From assembly GCA_021531255.1 (NCBI GenBank), contig JAFBIO010000004.1: a stretch of 64,000 nt of DNA. One strand, written 5' to 3'. The translations under genes and the position numbers were made by a program. Under the pieces are notes generated by a model. It did not search any database and had not been told where the DNA came from. It was given only the letters and a program-made list of their open reading frames with translations. Position 1 is the first letter of the stretch. Each line of letters begins with the position of its first letter. Shown in pieces: positions 35,786 through 43,779 of this stretch. Source of the DNA: Allofournierella massiliensis. GTDB taxonomy: Bacteria; Bacillota; Clostridia; Oscillospirales; Ruminococcaceae.

Positions 35786-38005
35786 TCAGTTCAGGCAGAG
35801 CAGCAGATATTCCCCAAAATCCAGCTGTTGGCTGCGCAGGGAGATCAGGGCTTCCAGGTCCAGGGATGGGTAGCTCTCCCGCTCCCGGGGACCTACCACG
35901 ATATAATCCACCCCATAAGCTTCGATCACGGCCCGGGCGGCCTCTTCGCCATCCTCATAAAGGGCGCGGACCTCGTCGCCCCGGGCATCCACCCCGGCCA
36001 GGTCGCTGCGCCACAGCCATTCATGGGTGTGCCAGCCCACGATGGTGGCCCGGCCGGTGGCCATGCTGATCCGGCAGTACTGGGTGTAGCTGGCCCCCGG
36101 GGCCTCCACCACCACCGCGTCCGGGGCGGCGTTCTCGTCGATCCACCGGATCAGGGCCGCCTCGTTGGGGGCCTCCTGCTCAATAAAGGCCAGCCCATCC
36201 AGCCCCTGGTACTCCCGCCCCCAGTAGGTGCTCTTCAGGGCAAGGGGGGTATAGCAGAGGGGGATGGCCAGGCAGCAAACCAGGGCCAGACGGCGCAGCA
36301 GTCGTCGGGGTCGCCGCTGGCCGGCCGCCGCGGCCCACCAGCGGGCCAGGCTGTAGCCCATGGCTAGGCCAAAGAGGATGAAGGCCTGGTAGGTGAGCTT
36401 GAACATGGTGTTGGCCCGGGGCGCCGAGGGGTATATATCCTTCAGATAGAGCAGCTCCGGCCCGATCAGCAGCCCCAGGCCGCACAGGTAGCAGAAAAAC
36501 ACAAACAGGTCGGGCAGATCAAAGCTGTTCAGCCAGCGGGAAAAACCGTTCTCCCGGCCAGGCAGCGCCCCCCGGGCGGGAACTTCGTAGAGGACCTGCC
36601 AGCCTTCCTCTTCCTCCAGGGGGCCGAAGGGCCAGCGGCCCAGCCGGCGGCGTTCGGTGAAAAACAGGAAGATCAGGTAGGCCGCAAAACAGCCCAGAGG
36701 CAGATACCACAGGGCCAGGAACTGGGGCAGCGGGCTGGATTGGGCCACCAGACCAATGCCGGCGCTCATGGAATCAAAGGAGAGGCTGAAGGGCAGGGAA
36801 GAGAGGGAGCGCAGGGCCAGCAGGAGGGCCAGCCGCAGGGCGCCCTCTGCCCAGAAGGACTTCTGACCGGGCGCGCAGCGCATCCCCGCCGCCCAGAAAA
36901 CGAAAAAGACCGAGACGATGGTGTAGATGGCAAAATCCCAGTAGTTGGTCATGGCCATGACCCCGAGGAAAAAGCCGCAGAGCCAGAAGGCCGGGTCCGC
37001 CAGAGATTCCCACAGGGGGGTCTGCCGGCTGGCATTCTGCCGGGCCCGGCTCAGCCAGACAAGGCTCAGAGCCAGGAAGAGCAGCACAAAGCAGATATCC
37101 AGCACATGGGCGTGCAGGTCGCTGACAATAAAGGAATAGAAGGGGAATTCATGGATGGTGTTGTCGGTGCTGCCCTCATAGCAGTTGATGAATCGGGTGG
37201 CGTCCGGATACCAGTAATTTTCGGCGTAATCCACCAAGCCCAGCCGGTTTAAAAAGGGCAGCAGCACCCCGAACAGAAAGGCGTGGCCATTGCCGCCCAC
37301 CGCCACCAGAAGGGAACAGGCCGCCCCGCCGGCGGCGCAGCCCCGGCCCTTAAAGCCCTTGAGCCCCAGCAGGTCATAGCCCAGGGCGCCGGCCAGGCTC
37401 AGGGTCAGTGCAAAGGTGGTGGCCATCATCAGGTTATAGCCCACGGCGCTGCCCACCCCCGCCAGCCGGCAGAGGAAAGCGGTGGCAAAATGGCCGTAAT
37501 AATAGTAGTTGATCCCCTTACCGGCATACCACATGTCGGCGGCGGGCATCCAGTCGCTGTTCAGGATGCTGGCCACAAAGCCGTGATCCATAAATTTTTC
37601 CAGATCCCGCAGGTCCGGGTTGGTGGCCCGCAGCCAGGCCCAGAAGGCCAGGGCGGCCAGAAAAATAACCTCCTCCACCAGGGCGCGCCGCCAGAAAGTA
37701 CCGCTGCCCAGGGCCGTCTGCCAGACAGACCCAGCCCTGCGCCGGCGAAGGAAAGCAGGGAACCAGCAGGCCAGAGCCGCCGCCCCCAAAAAGAGCCAGC
37801 AGCCCCATACCCGGAAGGGGACGAGATGAAAGGAAGAGGAGGTAAAGGAAAGCCAGGAGCAAAGGGCCAGCCCCAACACCTTGGAAAAGGCCCAGCCTTT
37901 ATCCCGCAGCCCTCCAAAGACCGAGAGGGTCAGGGGCAGCAGGGCCATGCTCAGCAGCAGAAGAACGGCCCACCAGCGGGCCAGCGCCAGGAAATCGGAA
38001 ATCAT
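35786..38005 (-). CDS. DUF2298 'chlor_Arch_YYY' integral membrane protein (putative GT-C-like glycosyltransferase)
   Basis: 739 aa, polytopic N-terminal half with the diagnostic GINYYYYGHF motif, then a large extracytoplasmic C-terminal domain. Confidence 0.75.
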   Translation of the reverse strand: MISDFLALARWWAVLLLLSMALLPLTLSVFGGLRDKGWAFSKVLGLALCSWLSFTSSSFHLVPFRVWGCWLFLGAAALACWFPAFLRRRRAGSVWQTALGSGTFWRRALVEEVIFLAALAFWAWLRATNPDLRDLEKFMDHGFVASILNSDWMPAADMWYAGKGINYYYYGHFATAFLCRLAGVGSAVGYNLMMATTFALTLSLAGALGYDLLGLKGFKGRGCAAGGAACSLLVAVGGNGHAFLFGVLLPFLNRLGLVDYAENYWYPDATRFINCYEGSTDNTIHEFPFYSFIVSDLHAHVLDICFVLLFLALSLVWLSRARQNASRQTPLWESLADPAFWLCGFFLGVMAMTNYWDFAIYTIVSVFFVFWAAGMRCAPGQKSFWAEGALRLALLLALRSLSSLPFSLSFDSMSAGIGLVAQSSPLPQFLALWYLPLGCFAAYLIFLFFTERRRLGRWPFGPLEEEEGWQVLYEVPARGALPGRENGFSRWLNSFDLPDLFVFFCYLCGLGLLIGPELLYLKDIYPSAPRANTMFKLTYQAFILFGLAMGYSLARWWAAAAGQRRPRRLLRRLALVCCLAIPLCYTPLALKSTYWGREYQGLDGLAFIEQEAPNEAALIRWIDENAAPDAVVVEAPGASYTQYCRISMATGRATIVGWHTHEWLWRSDLAGVDARGDEVRALYEDGEEAARAVIEAYGVDYIVVGPRERESYPSLDLEALISLRSQQLDFGEYLLLCLN

Positions 38006-38026
38006 GGAAGATCCTTTCGTGCAAGA

Positions 38027-40096
38027 TCAGCGGATTTGATAGACGGTGGTTCCTTCGTCCTGATACACCACCGGCAGGGCCTGACGGAGGACCTCCTCGC
38101 CCCCGGCCTCAAAGAAGGCGGAAAAGCGCTCATCTCCGATAAGGGTGCTGTCTACCAGCAGGTAATCAGCCCCGGTATTCCGGGCAGCCTGGGCAAAGGC
38201 CCCCGGATCCCGGCAGGCAAACAGTTTTTCCAGTACCTGATCCCGCCCGGTGGTGTCATACCCGGCGGACCAGGCATAGTAGGGCCAGCCCTGGTAGGCC
38301 AGCCGCCCCGTGGTGAATACCGGGTGGATGGTGATGTAGCCGGTGATGAAAACCGAGCCGGTGGGGGTCTCCTCCCGGATCCAATTGGTGAGGGCGCTCT
38401 GTTTCTGAATCCGCACCGGGGTGGAGCGGCAGAGATTGGAATAGGTGATCCCGTCTTCCAGGCCGGTGATGGTGAGCAGCACCGCCGCGGCCAGGGCCGC
38501 CCCCCGGCGGGTCAGGCGCCGGCTTTTCCAGAGGATGGTCAGCAGCCAGCCGTTCAGGATGCCCCCTAGAATCAGGCTGAGCATCACCTGCTTGTGGCCC
38601 ACCGCGATATCGGGGGTCATCTGCAGAGTAAAAGCCTGGACCAGGGGCAGCAGGCAGCTGAGGAAAAAGACCCTTGCCGCCCCCCGGCCCTTGCCGCCGC
38701 CGGCCCAGATCAGCCCGGCCAGAAAGAGGGGGAAAAAGATCCCGGTAAGGAGCAGCAGATATTCCGCCAGATCCCCGGCCGAGCCGGAGGGGGCCAGAAA
38801 ACCCAGATGGATCTGGAGAGAAATGGGAGAAGCCCCTTTGGTGAAAAAGGCGGATTGCAGGCTGGAAAGGGCCATGGCCGGCAGGGCGGCAAAGAGATAG
38901 GTCAGCCGGGCCCGGCTGAAGATTCCCATCCCGGCCAGGATCAGCAGGGCGCTGATGACCATGGAGCCATGCCAGAAGGCGGCAGCCCCCAAAAGCAGGC
39001 CGGCCGGCAGCCCCCAGAAAATGGCGGGGCTGGGGGCCCAGCCCTCCCGGGCAAAAAGGAAAGCAGAGGGTCCTCGGCTCAGGGTCTCCACCCCCTCCTG
39101 CAGCAGGGGCAGAAAGAGCAGCAGGGCCAGCAGCACCAGGCAGACCCCCAGGGAGAGATGCCGCTGGTTGGCCCACACATTCTGGTTGAAAAGGCCCCAG
39201 TCCTCATGGGCGGTGGTGCCGATAAAGGTCTTATTGTTCAAAAACCAGCCGAGCCAGCCGGTATTCTCCGGCTTTTGGGCCAGAAAGCTGAAAAAGGCAA
39301 AGGAACTGCGGAAAAACAGAAAAACAAGGCTCAAAAACGCCGCCCCCCGGCTGCCGGTAAGGGCATGGGCCAGGGTGAACAGGAGCAGCATCATGCTGAG
39401 AAAACTCAGCAGACTGGGCAGGTTGAGGGCCCAGGTGAGGGGCAGGCCCAGATATTCCAGCAGCCCGGCGGCAAACAGGAAGAGAAAATGATAGCGGATG
39501 GTGCCGTCGGCAAAATGGGGGTATTGGGTAGGGAAATTCTCACCCAGAGAAAAGCTGCGGATCACCGCAATATGGGGTGAAAAATCCGAGTAGATGTTCA
39601 CCGCCATGGAGATGGAGGAAGCATCCTCCCAAAAGCTGTAAAAGCTGACAAAAAGCCCGGCAGCCAGGCTGAACACCAGGGCAAGGGCCTGCCAGTGGCC
39701 AAAATCCCCGGCAAAAAAGCAGGCAACAGAGGGGCCCGGGCGGCGGGTGGCCTTTTCCAGCCGGCCGTCCCGCCAGACGGCCCCCGACCCTGCCCGGCGG
39801 CGAAGGGTCAGCAGCCCCGCCCCGGTCAAAAGCAGGCCGGCCGCCAGCGCGGCCCCTGCCCCGAAGGCCATGGGCCGGCCGGTATCCCGGGCCAGCCAGG
39901 CGCTCAGATAGGCCACCCAGCCCAGCAGGATATAGCCCAGGCAGAAGCCGGCGGGCAGCACCAGAAAGGGGCGGTAGAGGGGAACTTCCTGCCCCTGCAG
40001 GCTGCGCAGAGCCGAGAAGAAAAGGGTGGGGAAAAAGAGGCGGAGCAGTAAACACCCCGCCCCAAAAGATAGGATCAGATAGAGCAAAGCCAGCAC
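38027..40096 (-). CDS. PMT_2/ArnT-like (GT-C fold) membrane glycosyltransferase
   Basis: 689 aa with more than 12 TMs, then a C-terminal soluble domain. The architecture matches dolichyl/undecaprenyl-phosphate-sugar dependent mannosyltransferases (GT39/GT83-like). Confidence 0.65.
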   Translation of the reverse strand: MLALLYLILSFGAGCLLLRLFFPTLFFSALRSLQGQEVPLYRPFLVLPAGFCLGYILLGWVAYLSAWLARDTGRPMAFGAGAALAAGLLLTGAGLLTLRRRAGSGAVWRDGRLEKATRRPGPSVACFFAGDFGHWQALALVFSLAAGLFVSFYSFWEDASSISMAVNIYSDFSPHIAVIRSFSLGENFPTQYPHFADGTIRYHFLFLFAAGLLEYLGLPLTWALNLPSLLSFLSMMLLLFTLAHALTGSRGAAFLSLVFLFFRSSFAFFSFLAQKPENTGWLGWFLNNKTFIGTTAHEDWGLFNQNVWANQRHLSLGVCLVLLALLLFLPLLQEGVETLSRGPSAFLFAREGWAPSPAIFWGLPAGLLLGAAAFWHGSMVISALLILAGMGIFSRARLTYLFAALPAMALSSLQSAFFTKGASPISLQIHLGFLAPSGSAGDLAEYLLLLTGIFFPLFLAGLIWAGGGKGRGAARVFFLSCLLPLVQAFTLQMTPDIAVGHKQVMLSLILGGILNGWLLTILWKSRRLTRRGAALAAAVLLTITGLEDGITYSNLCRSTPVRIQKQSALTNWIREETPTGSVFITGYITIHPVFTTGRLAYQGWPYYAWSAGYDTTGRDQVLEKLFACRDPGAFAQAARNTGADYLLVDSTLIGDERFSAFFEAGGEEVLRQALPVVYQDEGTTVYQIR

Positions 40097-40110
40097 GGCC
40101 GGGTCTCCTT

Positions 40111-41046
40111 TCAGCGGGGGTCGACGGGAAGAAGGGCGTCGGTATCCTCCTGTACCAGATAGCGGGGCCGGCCCTTGACCTCTTCATAGATCTTGCCGAT
40201 GTACAGCCCGATCACGCTCAGGGCCAGCATCAGGCCGCTGCCGATGAAAAGCTGCAGCAGGATCACGGTGGAAAAACCGGTCTGAGCCTGATGAGAAAAA
40301 TACATCCAGAGGGTCTGCACCGTCAAAACGGCGGCGGCCGCCAGCATCACCAGCCCCATCACCCCCACCAGCAGAAGGGGAGCGGCGGTATAGGCGATGA
40401 TGGAATCCACAAAAAGGCGGAGCAGGGCGGAAAAACGCCATTTGGTGCGGCCCTGGCGGCGGGGCTCCACCTCAAAGGGCATCTGGCAGCGGGCAAAGCC
40501 CAGCCAGGCGCTCATGCCCCGGAAATAGGTATCCCGTTCGGGCAGCTGCTTCCAGGCTTCCAGGGCCCGGCGGCTGAGAAGCTTGAAATCCGAGAGGGGC
40601 TGCTGGCTCAGCCCGGTGAGCCGGCCAAAAAGCCGGTAATACAGGGCGGCGCCCCAGCGGCGGAAAAACGGTTCCCGGCCCCGGTGGGCCTTGACCCCGT
40701 CCACGATCTCATAGCCCTGCTGCCACAGTTCCACCATCCGGGGCAGGTAGCGGGGCGGATGCTGCAGGTCGGCATCCATCACGATTACCGCGTCCCCGCC
40801 GGCCCTTTCCAACCCGGCACAGAGGGCAGCCTCCTTGCCGAAATTCCGGCTCAGCCGCACCAGGCGCAGCCCGGGCAGTTCCTGCCTGGCCAAAAGGAGC
40901 TGCTGCCAGGTATCATCGGTGCTGCCGTCATCCACCAAAAGATAGGAATGGGGGATGTCGGCTTCACCCAGCACCTGTTCCACCTGGGACAGGGTCTGCC
41001 GGATCGAGGCTCCTTCATTGTATACAGGCATCAGAATGGTGACCAT
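40111..41046 (-). CDS. GT2 family glycosyltransferase (polyprenyl-phosphate sugar synthase, ArnC/GtrB-like) with C-terminal TMs
   Basis: RBS AGAGGAGAA then ATG (MVTILMPVYNEG). DDGSTD and DADLQHPP motifs. Two C-terminal TMs, typical of GtrB/ArnC. Confidence 0.8.
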   Translation of the reverse strand: MVTILMPVYNEGASIRQTLSQVEQVLGEADIPHSYLLVDDGSTDDTWQQLLLARQELPGLRLVRLSRNFGKEAALCAGLERAGGDAVIVMDADLQHPPRYLPRMVELWQQGYEIVDGVKAHRGREPFFRRWGAALYYRLFGRLTGLSQQPLSDFKLLSRRALEAWKQLPERDTYFRGMSAWLGFARCQMPFEVEPRRQGRTKWRFSALLRLFVDSIIAYTAAPLLLVGVMGLVMLAAAAVLTVQTLWMYFSHQAQTGFSTVILLQLFIGSGLMLALSVIGLYIGKIYEEVKGRPRYLVQEDTDALLPVDPR

Positions 41047-41216
41047 GGGGGCGGTTCTCCTCTGCAAAGACATACATCAAATATTATAGCACAGCCATGC
41101 CAGCCCCGAAAGGCAAAGGGGGATTTTTACGGCAAAAAAGGCAAAAAACAACCGAAAATAGCATAAAAAAGCCCCGGCCGGATCTTCCCGGTCAGGGCGT
41201 AAGGGGCTGTAAAAGT

Positions 41217-42452
41217 TCAGGGTGCGGGGTGCCAGGTGCCGCTGTCGGGCAGGCTGAAGGAAGCGTCGCCCGCCATGTGGAGAGAATGTCGGATGGAAAC
41301 GCCCCAGGCGGAATCCTCCCGGTAGTTTTTCTCGATACGCTTGTCCACAATGGCGCAGTTTTCCCGGTTGGTGCCGATGAGCAGCACCAAAAAGCGATCC
41401 CGCCCGTGCTGGGTATAGGCATCGCCCCGGCGCAGGCTGCGGCCGATGGCGGCTTTCAGTTTCTGGGCGGCAGCGGCGATCTTTTCCGGGTCCTCCAGCA
41501 GGCGGCCCCGGCTGTCGCACAGCCAGTACATGAGCAGGTAGGCGCTCTGGCCGCTGCGCTCCATCATCCGGCAGCACATCCGGTATACATCAATAAAGCT
41601 GGGGTAGCTGCAGTAGTAAGCGCCGCTCTGGCGCTGGGGTTCCTGGATATGGTCGGTGATCTCGGCCACCGTTTCGGTATTTTCCTGGCCGGCCAGGCTC
41701 AGCTGACGGAACCGTTTGACCAGCTCATCACTGGGCTTTACGTCAAATTCCTCGCTCAGCTCATGTACGGCCTGGTCGTATACTTGCTTAGCCTCGTTGT
41801 ACCGTTCCAGGGCCATCAGGCAATCGATCCGCAGGCACTGCCATTCTTCCATATGGTACAAAGCAGCGGTGCGGGTGGCCAGTTCCAGCAGGGCCTCCCA
41901 CTCGTTTCGCTTGCTCAGCAGTTCGGCCAGGGTCCGCACACAGGAAAAATACCCTTGCCGCAGCTGGGCGGCGGCAATCACCGCCCAGTCGGACCCCATC
42001 AGATGGGGCAGAAAATCCCCGGTATACAGCTGGGCAGCCTGCCTGAGATGGGTCAGCTTGTCATTTTCGCCCCGGCAGGCTTTGGCCTTGGCCAGTTCCT
42101 CTTCAAAACAGCGCACATCCAGCACCACCGGCAGTTCGCTGCAGAAGAAATAGCTGCCGGTTTTATAGCGGATGGTCACGCTTTCGGGCAGACCCGCCCG
42201 CGCCAGCAGCCGGCGCAGGTTGCTGATGGTCACCTTCAGGTTATTGGCCGGGTCGGCGGCAGTATCGTCCGCATACAGGATATCCATCAGCCGTTCCCGG
42301 GAGATACCATCCGGAAAACGGTAGAGGAGGACCTGCAGAGCCTGCATGGCCTTGGTGCTGTTGGTCCGCTCCAAATGCAGGACATTGCCTTGGTACGACA
42401 GGGAGAAATCGCTCAGCATCCGGACCGCAATCACTTCCGGCGGCAGATTCAT
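41217..42452 (-). CDS. SARP/BTAD family transcriptional regulator with degenerate C-terminal GGDEF-like domain
   Basis: N-terminal winged-helix plus BTAD domain (LERYNEAKQVYDQAVHELSEEFDVKPSDEL). The C-terminal about 150 aa resemble a GGDEF fold but with RDRF in place of GG(D/E)EF. Upstream promoter TTGACG-17-TATGAT. Confidence 0.65.
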   Translation of the reverse strand: MNLPPEVIAVRMLSDFSLSYQGNVLHLERTNSTKAMQALQVLLYRFPDGISRERLMDILYADDTAADPANNLKVTISNLRRLLARAGLPESVTIRYKTGSYFFCSELPVVLDVRCFEEELAKAKACRGENDKLTHLRQAAQLYTGDFLPHLMGSDWAVIAAAQLRQGYFSCVRTLAELLSKRNEWEALLELATRTAALYHMEEWQCLRIDCLMALERYNEAKQVYDQAVHELSEEFDVKPSDELVKRFRQLSLAGQENTETVAEITDHIQEPQRQSGAYYCSYPSFIDVYRMCCRMMERSGQSAYLLMYWLCDSRGRLLEDPEKIAAAAQKLKAAIGRSLRRGDAYTQHGRDRFLVLLIGTNRENCAIVDKRIEKNYREDSAWGVSIRHSLHMAGDASFSLPDSGTWHPAP

Positions 42453-42833
42453 TCTATCCCCTCTTCCCTGTTAAAAGTGTAAAATCGTTATATGGAAATC
42501 TCCGGCCACAGACCGGAAAATTCTGCGCAAGTAGAGACTAACCTCATAATAATCATATGTTTTTTATAGGGTGCCGTCAAGGGTGAAAAAGAGTGAAAAA
42601 GGGGAGAAAATCAAAGTATGGAAGAAAAAACAGGCAAGGAACGGGGAGAAGAAACGAAAAAGCCGTGTTTTTCAAGAGAGAACAAGTTTTCCCGCCTGTC
42701 ATAAATCTGCCCCAGACGGAAGAAAAGGCAGGGCAGAGAGCGGTGAGAGACGCGAAAATGAGAATTACAGGCAGAGGCCCGGCCCCAAAAAACAGGCCTG
42801 AAAATAAAATGTGAGGGGACTGCAAAAAAGTAC

Positions 42834-42863
42834 TTGACAACCGGATAGGAAGATGCTATATTG
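42834..42863 (+). promoter_or_regulatory. Near-consensus sigma-A promoter (TTGACA-17-TATATT) with about 130-nt leader
   Basis: The sequence is ttgacaaccggataggaagatgctatatt. It lies upstream of the DUF3793 gene. Confidence 0.6.
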
Positions 42864-42994
42864 CTCTTGAGGTTAGGCAAGGCTAACCAAGCCGGCCTGG
42901 CCGATTTTTAAAAGTCCGCAGTTAGTCAATACTAACCATATCCGCCCGGGAAGGGATTCTTTCCCCAATTCCCACAGGGCAGACAGGAGAAACC

Positions 42995-43555
42995 ATGACC
43001 GAGACATTTGAGACTCTGCTGTGCACCCACAGTGCCCCCGTGCTGGCGGGGCTGCGGCCTTCCGGCACCGTCACCTGTCATCGGGAGAAACTGCCTTTTT
43101 TGGAACAGGACCTGGCCGAATGCCGCCGGCTGCTGCTGGAGCATGGCCTGCGCTGCCGGGTACTCTGCCAGTGCGAGAGGCACTTGGTGCTGATGATCTA
43201 CGATCCGGTATGGCTGGAAGCCTGCCTGATCGGCCGCCGGGCCCGGAAAATGCTGCGGCAGCTGGGCTACCCGAAGGATGCGCTGGTGGAAGAACTGCTG
43301 GAAGAGCTGGGGCACAGGATGGCCCGGCAGGGCTTTCCCCATGAGATTGGGCTCTTTCTGGGATATCCCGCCCGGGATGTGGAAGAATTCATCCGCCGGG
43401 GCGGGCTGGGCAGCATCTGTACCGGATACTGGAAGGTATACCGCCATCCCGGAGAGGCCCGGCGCTGTTTTGCCCGGTACGATGCCTGCCGGGAAGATTT
43501 CCTGGCCCGGCAAAGCCAGGGACAGAGCTTGCGGCAGATCCTGCGGGCAGGCTGA
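42995..43555 (+). CDS. DUF3793 family protein
   Basis: RBS GGAGAAACC then ATG. Conserved Cys-rich hypothetical family. Confidence 0.6.
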   Translation: MTETFETLLCTHSAPVLAGLRPSGTVTCHREKLPFLEQDLAECRRLLLEHGLRCRVLCQCERHLVLMIYDPVWLEACLIGRRARKMLRQLGYPKDALVEELLEELGHRMARQGFPHEIGLFLGYPARDVEEFIRRGGLGSICTGYWKVYRHPGEARRCFARYDACREDFLARQSQGQSLRQILRAG

Positions 43556-43707
43556 AAAATTTTTGCTATACAGGAGCGCCGCGTGAACAGGACAGCGCGC
43601 GTCGCTTTTGCGATAGGCCATTGAACGTGGCCGAAAGCGCAGCCATTGGCTTTCGGCCGGGGACGCGCCTTGCAAACGGGCGCAGGGTTCCTCAACTCCT
43701 CCATCGG

Positions 43708-43750
43708 GAAAAGGCCGCCGTGGATTTCACGGCGGCCTTTTCCTTTTTAT
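43708..43750. terminator. Bidirectional terminator
   Basis: aaaaggccgccgtg-gatttc-acggcggcctttt hairpin followed by CCTTTTT. Confidence 0.8.
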
Positions 43751-43779
43751 TATATCTTGTGGGGGTATAGGGGGGCGGC

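Noticed and set aside
42571-42880. Several 70-90 aa ORFs in the long intergenic region
   Set aside because: They are overlapping frames in a purine-rich tract with no RBS and low-complexity K/E/R-rich translations. They are more likely non-coding regulatory DNA.
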